From: Chrysomallon squamiferum
Taxonomy: Eukaryota; Animalia; Mollusca
Assembly (NCBI GenBank): GCA_012295275.1
Contig: CM022665.1
Span: 2,480,001-2,544,000, forward strand
Direction of reading: 5' to 3'
DNA: 64,000 bases
The notes below the pieces were generated by a model. The model saw only the letters and a list, made by a program, of their open reading frames with translations, was not told where the DNA came from and did not search any database. Below are positions 26,191 to 40,319 of this stretch, piece after piece. Made by a program: the position numbers and the translations under genes. Position 1 is the first letter of the stretch. Every line of letters begins with the position of its first letter.

Positions 26191-28741
26191 GGCCTATTTT
26201 TTATAGCTACAAACAAAATCTTCCTAGGATGATTTCTCTTTTTTTATTTTATTATTATAGTAAATTATCGATATTAAATTAGAATTTAAAAAGAACAATA
26301 ACAAAGAATTTGTAACTTTATGTTACTATTACACTTTAATTATGATTAAAGCGCGTATGAATATATCCGTGATCTTTCCGGAGTTTTAAACTTCCGCTCC
26401 TTTTCTTGCCCATTATATAAACAAACGCATGTAGATAATTTAAAAACTGACAAAGCATTTTTATTGTATATTTATTTATTATAACTAATACTCCGTAAAT
26501 TTGCTTTAAAAACTCAGAAAGGACCTATGAAAAAGAAAACAATTGTTTCAAATAGTTAAGAATTTAAATACGTTTATTGGATTTAGATATTTTACGTAGT
26601 TAATTGAGTTATATTTGAACGTGTATATATTTTAAAATAAAATGCTACTTAAAAAATAATGAAGTAACTTATTTAAGACAGTTTTAATGTCATGACTATA
26701 TTTATTCCTGTGCACTGAAATTATCTCATTAGAACAGTAATTTGTAGGGGAAACGATCGGAATTCTTTCTCTTTTTAAATCGCTCCCAGTTTTTCATACT
26801 TTATGATTCATTTTTTATTTTATTTTGTTCGTTTGTTTATTATTTATTTATTTGGTCTTTTTCAGTGTATTTTATACTGCAACCAGACTACAACTACGTT
26901 GTAATAAAAGCCAACCATGCACACATTCCAAATTGATAATAAAATAAGACTCCTGTTGTTGTTTTTTTGTAGAAAATAGTCTTGTATTATACCAATGATA
27001 GAAGAAAACCAATGAATATGTTACTGTAAAGAATCTAAGAACTTTCATATTTTGCCTCTACAAAAGAATACACATACTAGTACTTCATTTCAAAGCAGCA
27101 CTGAACTCAGTTCATATGGAAATCTGTAATAAGATATTTTGTTGTTTTGTTTAATTTTGTGACGAGTTCTATCAATGTGTAGATCAGCATGTTGATATAT
27201 ACTATTCATTTATTGGTTTCTCCTCATGGCAATGGGTTTTAGGAACTAGGAATTTGCTAATGCCAAGATTGGAAAGAAGGGGGAGTAGACATAAGCTGAG
27301 TGTTCTTATTATTATTTATTTCTTCACTGACCAGAAGGCACTCTTAGTGTGCAAAGCTTCACAAGGCTGTACCATTCTGAAAGTTACAAAGAGATATATA
27401 ATAAACTATTTCCACTTGCAACTAAATGAGTACCTCTGACTCCACACTTGTACAGAAACTAAGCATAAACTGGAAACAAAAAATATGGCAAAGCTGAACG
27501 CCTGCTTACCTCTACCATTTCCATACTTCTCCTATAAAGTTATTTTAAAATAATCCCCAAAGAAGGTGCTTTATCATCTCTGCACTCAGAAATGTATATC
27601 AAATTATAAAACACTAAGTATGTTCCACATTAAAATAATAGTAATATAATATTGCTCTGTAACACTAGAAAATTTGTTTCAGGATATGTTTTGTTATATG
27701 ATTTTCAACCATAACTTCTCTATCCATTATGTGAAAGAAATTGGTCAGAAAAAGAATTTAAAAATTAAAACATTCTCTGTGTACAACTTTTATTTAATAA
27801 TCAATGCTCTTTAATGCAACACTTTCTTTTTGATGTACATGTTTGTTAGTGGTCATGTCTGGCATCACATTTTCAACATCAAGCCTTCTTTTCACCTCTG
27901 GTAAAGATATTCTTTATTCCATAACATTATTTTATACTGCCAACCACCAATTTCACGGACTTGGTTTTCCAAATCAAAAAAATTGGAACTTCATTTTCCA
28001 CTTGAAATGTTACCTCATAAGTTATTCTGAGTCCTACTATATGATTATGGCAACCCTCTCTCAATCCAGGTTCCATCAAGATCAGAATAAATTTTAACCA
28101 TTCTAAACTAACAAACCACGCAGCCTATCCTACATATTTCTTTACTTACACTGTATGACATTTTTAAAAATTGTTTTATTATATTATTATATTACTGTTT
28201 CATATAGATGCTATGTGTATTAAAGTCTAATGCTTAAAACCAATGGTCAACAGTAGAAATTCTGAAACCAGTAATATGTATTAAATCAGGAATTATAACG
28301 TGGTAAATACAGGAAAAAACAAAACAAATTCTTACATGGCTTGTTTTCTAAAACAGAAAATGTAAAAAATTTCTAGTTAATATCTCCTACAACCTGACAG
28401 AATTTTACAAACAGGTTTTCTTTTTACAGACAATAAAGATACAAATTAGGAGATGTATATGACGTTCTATACTTCATTTCAAGCAAAAAAAATTGTGATT
28501 CTTTTTTATATGTTTGTAACATCTTTAATAATTAAGTCTGAACAACAACTGAAAACATTTTCAAATTTCAAAGAATAACATATTGGTGAAAACAAACTCC
28601 AAAACACAAACGTCTTTTATATAACTTCATGTTGTTTTTTTGAAACATTTCAACATTTTTCTTAAAAGGGTATTCTGTTGTTGCCTCTTCTAAGGAGTTG
28701 GTAATTTCAACTTCATACTAAGTTGTTATAGAATACCCTGA

Positions 28742-31700
28742 CTATTGGCTTGGTTTGTGTATTATAATATTCAGAGTTTTAAACCCTGCACTTTGATCTG
28801 CCTGAAAAGGAGAAAAAAATATAAGACAATAAATTTAAGGATTAAAACAGATTTATATGGTGACCCCTAAATTAGATAACTCTTCATTTTAACATTTAAG
28901 ATATGTTGATTAATAATAACACATAATATACAGAGCTCAGCATTTTTTAACAAGTAAAATGATGTCCTATTTTTTAAAATATTGACCAAGTAAAAGATTA
29001 CTGAAAATACCTTTTGCATTATCAGCATCATTTACCTGATAGTTTTTTCAGTGATCTGTTTTCAATAAAAAAACATTTCAAAACCACAAACTATGCACCA
29101 AATACAGATAATTTTCATCTGTGTTATGAGTTGAAAAATAATTGAGAATTTCATGATTTACATTAAAACCACAATTGTATGTCACTTGTATCCAAATTTT
29201 GATTTTCAGTCAAGTTGATCTTACCTGGGGAATAGTCACTTTGGTTCCATGCATTTGACCTGCATAAAAAATACACCATCAAAAATGTTACTATTCTAAG
29301 TTAATAGTCAGTTTCTTAAATAAATGTAAAAATTTTAATTCAGTGTTATGCTCTATTAACTGATAATACTGAAATTGCAAGAAAAAACAGTAGTAGATTT
29401 TTGTTTACAAAGGATCACATACAGAGACTATTGTTGTCCCGATATTCAACAGAAACATTCAGCATAGTAGTGTCTAAATAATATGCTCAGAAACTCTTTG
29501 AGTGTTTACTTTGAGATTTCAGGTTTAAAAAAAAAAAAAAAAAAAAAAAATATATACCTGTGTCTCTATCTGAAAAAAAAAGTTTTAAAAGAGATTACAC
29601 ATTTCAAGGTCATGGTCAACTAACAAATTTGCGTTAGAATGTGTTTTTTTTTTCTTCTTTTCTTTAAATTATAAATTGATACTTGGTCAACCCCGATCCA
29701 AGATGTGGTATTTTTTAAATCACGTATTATGCTACTTGTGACATGTTTTGTCCAACTTTGGTGACTTGTATCTTGAAAACTGTTAGGCTGGTGTGTTCTT
29801 TCATGGAACACTATTGGTGTATAAAATTTCATGAAAATCTGAGGTGAGTTCTGCAAAAATGTTATAAAGCGATAGACCCACTGGTTATAATATGTAATTT
29901 GGAAACTAATAACAAATATTACCTTCATCAAGGTGATTTCTGATTTGAAACAGATCTTTTTTGAGCTGACCAATTTGATACAGAAGTTTAATTTGAAATG
30001 CTTTCATTGATGTTAGAAGTGGAAAATCTTGTGATGTTTTCTGAAAATGAATAAAACAATCCAGTGAAACATGTCTCATATTTTACTTAAGTTCAATAAC
30101 TATTCAAGATTTTACACCACCAAATATGAGGGTTTACTTCTCTGAGACCATTATTATCAGGTATTCAAGTCTTCATTAGGCCTACTACATTTCATCTGTC
30201 TTAAATTTTTTGCAAGTGCATTAACCATCCCCACCCCCCAAAAAACACAACTTTTGACCATTTGTCAAATATTTCATTTTATACAACTAGCTGTTAATGA
30301 GCAGAAAAGCAGTTTTTTATTTTCATTAATTTCTTTTAAAAGAACTGGAAAAGTATTTTTCTTTCCTACAAAGTATAACTGAAATTTGACCGAATTTCAT
30401 TTGCCTCTAAGTATGATAATTTTATTTCTGGACCAGTAGGTACTTTGAAAAGAGAGACTAATAAATATGTTGTGTCTTACCAAGTTCTTCTTTGTTTTTA
30501 ACAGATTCTGGGACATACCATTCATCTCTGAGTTGAATTTTTGAAGCTGATGCATTATTTTGGCTTGCTTCACTTGTAGATTGTGCAGAGCAGAGAGGAC
30601 ATTTCTGTACACACCAGCCACCACTTGTATTCGTGCTATTATCTGATTCTGGTTTCAGTATAATGTCCAATGTTAATAATCTAGTTTTAGGCACAGTTTT
30701 CTTATTTAAATTATACATAATTTCAAATTAAATGCTATACTCATTATGGATACCAGTAACACTTTAAAATGATTTCTTTAAAGGCTGCAGAATTTCTTTC
30801 TTTTCTCTCTCTCTTTTTTTTTTTTTTCTGCTTTCCTTATGAATTATTATTACATTTTTGGAGATATTTTACTAAGACAAATATTTAAAGTTCAATAACT
30901 TTCATTTAAATTTTATTTAAGTTATTATATACCATATCATTTTTTTGATTTTGATAATCCATCTTGAGGACTTTCTTTGTATCCACCAGAGCCATGATAC
31001 TTAATCTGGTGTTGTGAGCAGCATTCTGTGCTTCAATGACATCTTTCACAAGATGGTTTAAATCTGATTTGGCATGAGATAAATCATTATCCATCTTTTC
31101 ATGAGATTTGTCCAGTAGATGAACTGCAGACTTTGTCCGTCTTATTTGATTGTATCTTTCAACATTTTCCAGTGACTAAAAATAAAATTCTAAATATAAA
31201 TGAAAATGCTTTTGGACTAACTAAATTAACATTAGTAATTAATGATATAAAGAATATTACCAAGTGCCAAATGTTAAGAATTATTATTACATAAAATTAT
31301 AATTATCTTACAATGAATTTGTTTTATTTTTTTTGTTGTATTTATTGGTAATGATCTACTATTTTTTAACCTTATTTAAATATTGTCTCTGCATATATAT
31401 TTTAATAGCTAAAAATAACAAATGCAATTAATTTTTACATGTGGATTATGCATGTTCTGTAAATCCATTCTAATTTGCTTGACAGTTTTGGCCAGTGACT
31501 GAACAGCAGAATCCATAACTTTTCTTTGTTCCTCCTCTGCAATGAGACGGCCTCCCCATTCACTGTTACGTTTAATAACCTGGCTTAGTTGTCTTTCACC
31601 AACTGCAATCTCACTGTCAATGGCTTCAAGGGCTTCAGCAAGGATCTGTTGATTTTTCTTCATTTTTAATACTGTAGGATTTATCTGGAATATTTCTTTA

Positions 31701-34700
31701 AATCATTATTTTAAAACAAACACAACTTTATTTCATCATTCTCATTAAGTCTTTTCTAATCACTCTACCTCGTATAAATGCCAGTGATCTGAACTAGATC
31801 ATATAAGTTATGTGAAAATTTATTGTGTTTTATTAATATTATTTCACTGTTAGTGGTGTTAGTATTTTGTTTTGGTTTTTATATTCTAAAAATAGATGTA
31901 TTTAGGCCCAGAAATGGTGAGTACTATTAAAATATTTTATATTTATTTTGAATGAGCTGAATGCTTAACATAATTTCTAATATAAAAGAAATAATTTTGA
32001 ACCTTTTCTTCAATTTTAGTTAAATCTTTGTCCCTTAAAAATATACCCATCTTTAAGAATTATGTTTTTGTTACATTTTGGTAAATGAAAATATCAAGTA
32101 GCAACAATTTTAATAACATTCCTAAATAACTTGGACAATTTCTCAATTTTGGAAGATTACTTGGAGCTCTCTTCGTCAGTGAATTAGCAAATATAAATAC
32201 TGTGGGTGCAATATACCTTAGTGAAGTATTTCAATCTCTGAATTACATTTCTTAAATGTTTGTACTTGGAAATTTTTCATTGTCCAGAAATATTAATAAT
32301 AAGATAAAATAAAAACCGATGCCATTTTAACATAACATTTAAATGTTAAGGTTTTGGATTATCACAGTAATAGTTAAGTTCGATAAATTAAATTTTTATT
32401 AATAAAAAAAAAAAAAATCAATAAAGAAACTAACATTTATAAATTTTCATTTAATATTCTGCGAAACTAATTTTGTTTTCAGAAAATTATCCAAAATGAA
32501 GGAAAAGAACAAAAAGTCTACCATTTTGTTTTTCTTGAAGTGAAGTTTTAAATAACAAACTGCATCATTTTCTTTTTCTAAATAATTCTTCTTTTTTTTT
32601 TGTATTAAAATATAAGCTATATACCTCTTGTTTAGTTTTGAGTTTTTTAATTTCTTCCATCAGTTCATTTATTTCTTTTGTGAATTCTGGAGTGGCTGTA
32701 TCTTGTAAAGTTTGCTTGAATGACAACCTTTCATTGGACTGTTTAACAACTTCCAAATTGTCTTTAAAAGTTGATATTCTTTTATTCATACTGGTCAGTG
32801 TAGAAGTCATTTGTTTCTGATAATTAGCCAGTTCAAAAATATGCCTAGCTAGTGCTGTTGCAGTACTATCCACTAAATTCACTCTGTTAATAACATTAGG
32901 ATTTATTTTTCGAAGGCCATTTATGGCTTTTGTTAACAGCTCAACAGTCTTCACTACATCTTTACGTCTTTGTTTGAAAACTTCATCAGGAACATGGCTT
33001 TCAGAATCCATTATTGACTTAATACTCTTTTCACCTATTTCAGTCTAAGAATCACACCAAAATGGTAAAAGAATAGAAAAAAACAAACATATTCATCAAA
33101 TTATTTAAAACTATTATTTTTCATAAATTATTACAAACAGCAACACGTGAAGATACCTTTCTTAGTGCTGAATACTTTATTTGATGTCAATTAAGTGAAC
33201 TAGAGAATAAAGTTAACTCTGTATCTAAATAATGGACACAATTATAATGATAATATTAATACTTGATGCTGTACAACTTGTGTCAAATTTACAAATTTAA
33301 ATTATTAATGAGTCTGTGTAAATATTACTTTTGTAAGACATTTATTTTTTTATATAATATTAATTAATTTTATCATAAATATAAAGTAGGAATAGAAGAA
33401 TATTGAAAATGTATATTTTGTTGTTTGCTTTTCTAAAATGTTGACTGTCGTGAATACAGAGATCTTACTGTAGTAATAAAATAAATTAAATATACCTTTC
33501 CTTTGTCCTTGTCCACATGATGAACTGCAGGGTGCACAGATTCTGAAAAGTAGCATTGCAGAAGAGTTCAGATTAAATAAATTTAATCATTTTTATTTAT
33601 CTTTAGGATGAAAGATCAATTACCCTAACAAATTATTTTCACTTTAATTATTATTTAATATCTAGAAGAATAGACTGAAATGATATCTGTATTTAATTGA
33701 GAAAAATAAAAAAGATAATAGGTAATGGGCATAATCAAAATGCTACAAATCAAATAATGCATAAAAGCAAGCAGCATGATCACACTAAAGAAATATGCAA
33801 ACCCTATGACACATGCTAATATACATTTATATTCTGTGAATATTGGAACACTACATACTTGCTTTAATCTTTCCCATCATGATGCATTTATGATCCTGAG
33901 TATTATAGTAGTAGCGAATACATCCAATGGTACTTTCCTGTTTACAAGCCTTGTAACAACCTATCAGTGTGGTCTTTTTTCGCCAAACATATGCAACATC
34001 TCCAGATGTCAGTTCTGTTCCTGGGGAAATTTCTAAAGCTTGCTTTGGGATGTCTGCAAATTGTCCCAAATACAGCCATGGGGGCTTTTCTTCAACATAC
34101 AGTGAATCAAAGTCTTCTACAATAAATAAAAATATGAATTACATTTATAAGATTATCAGACATTAAAACTGGATTAAGTATTTCTTAGGCATAATGCAAA
34201 TTGAAAAGGGGCAGTTGTACCAATCATTAGTACTTTTAAGAATAAATAATAAATTTATTGTAATTGCACAGGCCAATATCAGCAGATTTTTGGCAATAAT
34301 ACCAAATAATAATGCATTCTGAAACAAAATTATCTTTGAACGTTTAGGTATGATGAACACAGTAATTCTTTTATCAGTGTACTTTTATAATAACTGGTTG
34401 TCCTCGTTTGAAAAAGTCTTCATTAACAGCATATCTCTTCACTGCTAATGATTTTATGGCAGAGATTCATTAACTGCCATTCCACATGACATATGGTCAA
34501 ACTTTTGTTTTCTGCATAACACTATATGAATTACATAATATGATATTGTTAAAATAAATGGCATTACATGAACCTCTGCAAATCAACCATAAAATTAATA
34601 TTCTAACTTTTTTGTGTGTGCTTTATATTCAAAACATAATCAGAATTTAGACTGTATACAATATGTATAACATATTAACAATTTGCATTTAATAATGTGT

Positions 34701-36662
34701 CTTTGTCATCATTTATTATCTCTTCAGTTAGTTGTGAAAATAAATAAAATTATACAAACTGCCATAAACTGTAGCCATCATGACACATTTGTGAGTGTGA
34801 AGATCAAAGTAATAGCGAATGCAGTCAATCTGTTTCTCAGCTTGACATGTTGCATAACAGTCATCTGCAGAGTCCTTTTTATACCAAATGAATGAAGCAT
34901 CACCATACGTTACTTTACTTCCAGGCTTACTCTCTAATACCTTCAGAGGTATTTCACCAAACACTCCAGAAAATACCTTTGGATCTCCATAAGTATTCAC
35001 TGAACTGTCATGGTCCAAATCTACAATAAAATTGAGATAAAAGTGATATCCATTATAAGATCTGTTTTTAGAAAATTAATTTGAATCTTATTCCACATAT
35101 ACATACACCCCTACACTGACACATGTATACAGAGTACACATAAATACACATATACATATACACACTTATCTAAACATATACATACTTATCTAAACATAAA
35201 CATACACATATACATATGCATATAAATTTGCATACATATACACACATATACATACATATACATATATATAAATATACTAACACACACACACACACTACAT
35301 AATTATACACATACAGTAGATCTTATCTAAATGAGGACACTTTGCACTTTAAAATTATCCTCAAACCAGAATGCATATGTATACATATGTATATGTGTAG
35401 GTATCTGTGTGTGTGTGTATGTGTATGAATATACATACAGGTGTCTATACACATATCCTGACTATACACACCCACAAACACACATACTAATATTTATTAC
35501 ATCTAATAATCATAAAAAAAAATTTATTTAAAAATAAAAATAATAATAATTAATGTCTTACATATATGTATCTATGTCTATGAATTTAGCTGAATATTAT
35601 TTTTAAAAGTTTAAACTTCTTTAAGAATAACGTGTTCTTGACTATGAATAAAGTATGAGTTAATTCAGAAAATCAGTCTATTAGCAACTGTTTGTCTAAC
35701 ATAAATAAGTATAAATCCTGAAATGTTTTCATTATAACTGAAATGAATTTTGAACCTGACTTTTATATTTTTATTATTTTTATTATTATTATTATTATTT
35801 TCAAACATTTTGAAAAAAAAAAAAAAGTTCAAATAACACTGCAGGTTTACCACATTATATTTACTTTGCTTTTGTTGTTTTTGTAGAGTAATAATTTTTT
35901 TTAATTTTATGAATTATCTGTTTGAGAAGTTTCAATCATAATGCACTTTTGAGTATATATCATAGTAGTACCGAATACACAAAGAATTATTTTCTTTTTC
36001 ACAGGCTTGACAACAGTGAGCCTATGATTTGCTTTTTGCCCCATATGTGGAATATCATGTCTTATTACAACTATTTCTGTTTGACTGTTCACAACATAAC
36101 AAAAATAAGTTTTAACTGATTATTAAACTGATTTGTAGTGACTCTATTAATTAAGCCTTTTACAACAAGAACAAAAAAGCTTCAAACAAGTGATAACATT
36201 TTCTTATTTTTCTTTTTTCTTTTTTCTTTTTTTTTCTAGGGTTTAATTACAATTAATGAAATTAGGCAGCAAAATTTTAATAATGAACTTTGACAGCAGG
36301 CATTTTAACATCAGTAACTCTGAATTTGATAACAAAACATAAAACTGAACCAAGGAAAATTATTAGTTCAAACAGAGAATCAGTGAGAAAACCATATTAA
36401 AGTAAAAAGAAATAAAAGTTCAAGATGTTAATGTAATGATATGATTAAATATCACTTGATGAAATGAGTTATTAATTACAAATATTCAAACTGTGTGGTA
36501 TGTAAAATACATTAAATCTAATTTGGCTAGCATACTGTAAATTTAATAGTTTACCTCTTTCAGACAGATCTAACTCTGATTCGATGTCACTCTAAAAATA
36601 AACATACATTTTCCACCATTTTTTAAACAACTTCATGTGTATGTGATAGAAGCTGATAAAGA

Positions 36663-36707
<45 letters not shown>

Positions 36708-37066
36708 GATTTACTTACAGTACTGTATAATTTTTTTTTTTTTTCTACTCAGTATACCCTGCTTTTATTTATTATTATTTTTTTTTTTTTAGGGAAAACT
36801 TGCGGTTCACGCATGAAATAGAGTCTGTCTTGATAAAAGTGGCAGGGCTAATGTATATTTAAACTCTGGAAATCATTTATGCTTAACAGAATCGAAGTAC
36901 AAGTAAAATATTATATAGTCCATTTGTTTATGTGTGCGTTGTGGCTTTTGTATCCAAAATTTAGGAATATAATTACATTATTATAATGGTCTGGCTCTCG
37001 ATTCTCCAAGGTCACTGAGTGTTGAATTCCAGTTATCAGCATCATAAATAGCAATAAAGCAGTCAT
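28742..37066 (-). CDS. Uncharacterised secreted protein: signal peptide, two PAN/Apple-like 4-Cys modules and a long coiled coil (about 645-665 aa; 3' end uncertain)
   Basis: Phase-consistent exons: 37066-36977 (MTALLLFMMLITGIQHSVTL..), 36591-36555, 35020-34760, 34116-33859, 33542-33496, 33044-32625, 31684-31439, 31175-30933, 30642(or 30648)-30481 and 30040-29923. The end is either an exon from 29850 (ELTSDFHEILYTNSVP*) or 29569-29558 + 29259-29225 + 28801-28742 (DRDTGQMHGTKVTIPQADQSAGFKTLNIIIHKPSQ*). The acceptor at about 30643 is weak. Confidence 0.82.
35094..35486. repeat. Degenerate (ACAT/AC)n and complementary (GT/GTAT)n simple-repeat region
   Basis: An ACAT/CA-rich tract at about 35094-35315 is followed by a TG/GTAT-rich tract at about 35372-35450. 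It includes a short direct repeat, ACTTATCTAAACATA x2. Confidence 0.85.
36664..36702. repeat. (TG)n microsatellite
   Basis: Perfect TG run. Confidence 0.95.
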
Positions 37067-38422
37067 CCTGTAAGAACAATAATTACCCAGTATTTCAAAA
37101 GAAAAACGTTTTCAAACGTCAGACAATAACACCATGTAAATATTTACTGACAGGCAATGTTAACTTGAAATTTAAATAGAAATGATTTATTTTCAAGTAA
37201 AATATATATATTTTTTTTTTTTGTTAGTGCCTAACAGTAGTGTCCACACAAAGTAAATTTGCAAACTAATAAAGCAGACATTTTGATTTAAAAATGGATA
37301 TTATTTTATTTCTATTTTTTTCCTGTGAAAAACCCCCAAACCCTAAATAAAACCCCAAAACAAACAAAAAAACGACAACAACAGCACATAAGTTAAACGT
37401 TAATTAATACACTGGACAATTTTAATTCATAAATGTATCTGACTGACCTGTCTTGTCATGTATTTTTTATTTTTTATTTTTATTTTTTTGTCAGTGGTCA
37501 TCCAGTCGGGACTAAATTTAAGCACAAGCTAATGATGTTAAAGCTTTGGGCCTACTAAAAACATCGGATTTATATTTAATATAATTGATATAATTTGATT
37601 AACTACAGTTAATATATATATATTTTTTTTTAAATATGTCTGAATTATTTAACTCACTATAAACAAATGTTCTGTATTATTTTCCAGTAAATAAATATTT
37701 TGAAAAGGGTATTTTCAAACTTCTAACAGAGCTACCCTTTATCACAACGGATTGGTTTCGTATCTTGATTAAATTTTTTGCCGATTTCATTTATAATACA
37801 GTCTTATTATTTGTTAAAAATTACAAAATAGGGCCTCTAAAGCTTTCCATAGTTATCTATAACAATATCCCGTTCCAGTGAAAATATACGTTAGTCGCCT
37901 TTCAGTATTACAAATAAATAAGAAACAAAGAAAGGAAGTAAGGAAAGTTTCAGTATCAAACTAATAAACAGATTTAATGTGAAATTTTAATTAGTGTGAT
38001 AAATATTGATGATAATTTAATTACAATAACAGTGCATTAATATTTATTTATATTAGCCTATAGTCAACTGCATACTGCATAAAATTAAAGTTTTTCTTTG
38101 AACACTGATCAATCTGGAATCATTTTCTTTTCCTGTATGATGTGAATAAAACCAATGCAGACATGAATAAAAATAATCAAAATAGTTGGGTAATAAAAAC
38201 AGATTCTAAATCATAATTGAATAAATAAGGATCCTCCTGCGAATCTGTAATAAGCTTTTATTATAGCGGCTGTTAAAATGTAAAAAGTTTCAATGATACG
38301 CTTTTACGTAAAACTTGATATAAAATTCATTAAACAAAAAAGAAGAAAAATATAAGAAAAAAAAATGAAAGAAAGAAAGAATTAAAAAAGTAATAATATT
38401 AATAGGAAAAAAGAAACAGAAA

Positions 38423-38426
<4 letters not shown>

Positions 38427-38461
<35 letters not shown>
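38427..38461. repeat. (AAT)n microsatellite
   Basis: Perfect AAT run. Confidence 0.9.
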
Positions 38462-38463
<2 letters not shown>

Positions 38464-40319
38464 GCATTAAAAAATATGGAAAATATAATAGGATTAAATA
38501 TTTTAATATATTACTTGATTTTTCAGAGGTTGTAATTAAATAATTTGATAATTTTATTTCGTATTTTCCCATTGTGATTTTTTATTTTATTAAAATTAGT
38601 ATTGTTTGGTGTTTTTTTTTTTTTTTCCTTTTCGTTTCTTTTTTCTTTCTTTCTTTCTTTCTTTTTTTTTTTTTTTTTTTTTTTTCTCCTTTGTTATTTT
38701 TCTTTTCGTTTTTGTTGTTGTTATTGTTTTTGCATTGGATTGTGTGATAATGCGCCGAATACAACCAAGTCTAGTAATCGTAGCATTAAAAGATATCAAG
38801 AAGATATGGACAGACATTAAAAATTAAATGACATATAGAAGCAGTCTTTATGCGAGAGAAAACTGGTTAACAGCGGCCACTTTGCATGACACTGCAACTG
38901 TTGTCATAGGTTAGGAAGAATGTAACTGCCGATGAGCAAGACAATACAGAAGCTGGGAACACAGAAACAGTCTTACAGTTTGAAAATACAGTTTAATGGG
39001 GGAAGAACGTAATTAATTAATATTTAGAAATCGTTCCGTTACCATTTCTGATACAACTGATGTATGTGTATCTGGTTTGGTTCAGTGTGCAATAACTGAT
39101 TCCTTAGTCCAAAGCTGATTTACAGCTAACTACAGTTTCGAAGCCACGTTACAAATATTACGAGCAATTCAAGTCGAACCACATCAAAGATTTTTCAGTG
39201 AATACAGATTTTTATAACCACTATAAAATCTAAAAACTACTTAACAAAAATTTAATCGAAATAAAATTTAAAATCAGATAAATTCTAAAAATTATTTTAT
39301 AAAAAAAGAAATTAATTTAAAAAAAAAAAAAAAAATTTGGTTTTTTAACTCTAAATATTTTATTACTTTCAAAACTGTTACAGTCTTATTGTAACTAAAT
39401 AAATAATTCATAGTTTAAGATAACAGTAGTAACTGATGTTCAGTGAATAAAGGCTAGATAAGTAGAAGAATCAATTATTCTCAGTTAACTTGTATACATC
39501 TATACTTTCCTGTTCATAGGCAAGTGCATATAAAATCAAAAATAGATAAATAAATGAGTAATAATAAGTCGTCGCGTAGCGTCATACAATTTCCCATTTC
39601 TCTTGGATTAAAATAATATTAATTTGATTATCATTATAAGTGTTCCTGGCAGCTATGAATTAATGGAATTAACTAGATTTTTCACAAATGTTTGAGAATG
39701 TTTTATTTATTTATTTTTTAATAATAAAACTCCAAAACTATTAGTACTACAACAGCTACTAATAATATTAAAAATAAAATCTAAATCTGGATTGAAAAAG
39801 GTGCTCTAGTAAGGTCAGTTTCTTATACTGTTTTGTTTTCTGGCTGAAAGAGCACATTTCTGAATTTTAATAAATGTACAAGAAAGAAGCTGTTGACTGA
39901 TATGAAATTTGTTTTCACTGTTTCCTTTGAGCAACCTCTACGCAGAGACTGGACTAATAAATAAATAAATAAATTTTTTAAAAACACGTTCTTGAAATAC
40001 GTGTTCCAGATTGAATTCCCTACCTTTTACAAATTTTCCACAAGTTCCTTAAACCCATCCTTTAAAGTTATATGTAATAATTATTTAATTATCAGTTTTT
40101 GTTTTTGAATTTAATAGACACTGACTTTATATCTAAAGCTTTATTTTCACAGAAATATTCGGTATATGTGGTTCTTAACTGTAAATATGGCGCCAGATGA
40201 TTGTAGTCAAAAAAAATGTCTAGGATGTGCCATTATATAAAATAGAAAAATAGATTCCCCACCCCTCCCCTTCCATCCTGAGTCACAACTGGTCATAACA
40301 TCGGCTTGCTGTCCCCGTT

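Noticed and set aside
30458-30718. Cys-containing ORF (GGWCVQKCPLCSAQ) suggesting a zinc finger or a dual-coding exon
   Set aside because: Its phase is incompatible with the neighbouring phase-0 exons. The overlapping heptad frame (IIARIQVVAGVYRNVLSAL..) fits both flanks.
33496-33556. ORF-track peptide ICAPCSSSCGQG resembling a TSP1 motif
   Set aside because: It is the wrong frame. Entering in phase 1, this exon reads KSVHPAVHHVDKDKGK and exits in phase 0 as required.
38582-38827. Four overlapping ORFs rich in Lys or Phe
   Set aside because: They are artefacts of poly-T/(TTTC)n low-complexity sequence, with no splice or homology support.
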